DNA of 63,775 nucleotides, the filler included, from Lenisia limosa (lineage: Eukaryota; Protista; Breviatea), in assembly GCA_001655205.1 (NCBI GenBank). It is 10 parts of 10 records of this genome, joined end to end, with 100 filler letters (N's around TTAATTAATTAA, not from the genome) between each part and the next. Parts side by side here need not be neighbours in the genome. Positions count along the whole stretch, not along the records: positions 62,013 to 63,775 come from LPNZ01001005.1; 9 more parts are not named here. One strand, 5' to 3'. The position numbers and the translations under genes were made by a program. Each line of letters begins with the position of its first letter. The stretch's first letter is position 1. Shown here in pieces: positions 62,338 to 63,775 of the stretch. Below the pieces are notes generated by a model. It did no database searches and had not been told where the DNA came from. It worked only from the letters and a program-made list of their open reading frames with translations.

Positions 62338-63762
62338 TCAAATTGGCTCGCTTGTCCTCCAATCTCTTCTTGTCAGCAACCAAAGTTGCCTCGTCCTTTA
62401 CTTCCTGCTGTTGCTTCTTCTTCTTCTTCTTCCGCTCAGATTCACCTGAGGTATTAATATTTTGTCATGAAATTGATGTTTCGACACAATAAATGTGCGC
62501 ATAGGCTTCACTNNNNNNNNNNNNNNNNNNNNNNNNNNNNNNNNNNNNNNNNNNNNNNNNNNNNNNNNNNNNNNNNNNNNNNNNNNNNNNNNNNNNNNNN
62601 NNNNNNNNNNNNNNNNNNNNNNNNNNNNNNNNNNNNNNNNNNNNNNNNNNNNNNNNNNNCTCCTCGTTCAATCGCTTCTGTTGCTCAGTCAGCTCCGGAC
62701 CCCTCTCGTATTCCTCCTCTTCAATCTTGTTTCTCTTCTTAGACTAAATGGTCAGAATTCGGCTTCAAAAAACGTCCATACCCAAAGCAGAGAATATAGG
62801 AGAATCAGGTTGTCAACATTTCCGCCGATAGCATATCCACAACATCTCATGTATTACTATATCATATATTATGCATGATATATCATATAATATATCATAT
62901 ATCATATACAGTACATAGTATATGATATTATCACATTAAGTGCAGATTTGAACTCGCACAGATCACTGCCCACCAGATGCCCTTCGGAATCATAATGCTT
63001 CTGGAGCTCATTGGTAGAGTTGAACTCAGATTGGCAGATCTCACACCACCTATGAGGGGTCAGTCGTTATAAAGGATATTCAAACATATGTAACAAAGAA
63101 ACACTATATGGATGGATGGAAAAAGTGCTTCACTTCAGTTCGAATAAAAAAAGATTTTCTTGCAAAAGTGTCGTTATGTTATGAGTATTTTTCGGACCAA
63201 AATGAAGCCCTATCACAACAGCATCCGCCACAAACACGTCACCCGGCTGCGCTACGTCTGGCTCGACCTCGGTGATATAGTCCTCAATGTCGTCAACACC
63301 ACCCATCTCCACACGGTCTCTTGTTTGGAACTGCGACTGTTCGACCTTCGCACGTGCGCGCATGGCCTTGATTTGCTCTTGCTGCCTTGTTAGTGTTTGT
63401 ACTTTAGAGTAACTAAAAATTCCACCATCCCCACCAAATCTCCAGGGTTCAGGGGTGCGGCAGCTTCCAGGTCGAGCTCATCTTCAAAGAGGCCTGTGAT
63501 AGCGTATTGACGATCACTTTCTCCGAACCTGGGGGTGGGGAGTAAATGGAAATGTATCACACCCATTAAAATATAATAATAATCAGGGTAGCATCAAGGA
63601 AATCTTCATGAAATACTGGACGTCAGGACCTGGAACGTAGATAGTTCACACCAATAGATTTTGCAAAACTCACTTGATATGATTGCCATTGCCAAGAGCA
63701 ACAAAGTTATTGGTAATGGTCTTCTTGCCGTCAAGGAAAGTACCATGTGTTGAACCAAGGTC
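62338..63762 (-). CDS. FHA-domain protein (kanadaptin/NIPP1-like FHA) with a C2H2-type zinc finger and Lys/Glu-rich tail; 5' end off the window
   Basis: DLGSTHGTFLDGKK...GNHIK|FGESDRQYAI (FHA); WCEICQSEFNSTNELQKHYDSEGH (zinc finger); ERKKKKKKQQQE; putative stop at 62338-62340. Confidence 0.8.
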
Positions 63763-63775
63763 CTGAAGGAAGAGA

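Overview
Intron-dense genomic DNA from a eukaryote, probably a protist; the species cannot be identified from the sequence. The window is a draft scaffold: nine artificial 100-bp spacers (44 N + TTAATTAATTAA + 44 N) join contigs, and genes usually do not continue across them. Genes supported by manual exon reading are a DEDDh RNA exonuclease with a low-complexity/RGG N-terminus, a copine, an RCC1-repeat protein with Cys-rich sushi-like modules, a coiled-coil fragment, a secreted FN3-LamG protein, GDP-mannose pyrophosphorylase (with a 6-nt microexon), a PRR11-like Pro-rich protein, an unknown helical protein, the 3' half of a P4-ATPase flippase, a motorless MyTH4-FERM protein, a long GCC2/GCC3 Cys-repeat surface protein, a PSI-EGF-FN3-REJ (polycystin-1-like) ectodomain and an FHA + zinc-finger protein. 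The most unusual signal is non-coding. Many introns start with GT-G(n) and/or end with C(n)-AG, and a ~140-bp dispersed repeat sits sense-strand against 3' splice sites; in one case an inverted copy of its end supplies a 5' splice site. A TA-flanked MITE family and a perfect 34-bp hairpin are also present. All exon boundaries were read by eye and no database searches were run.
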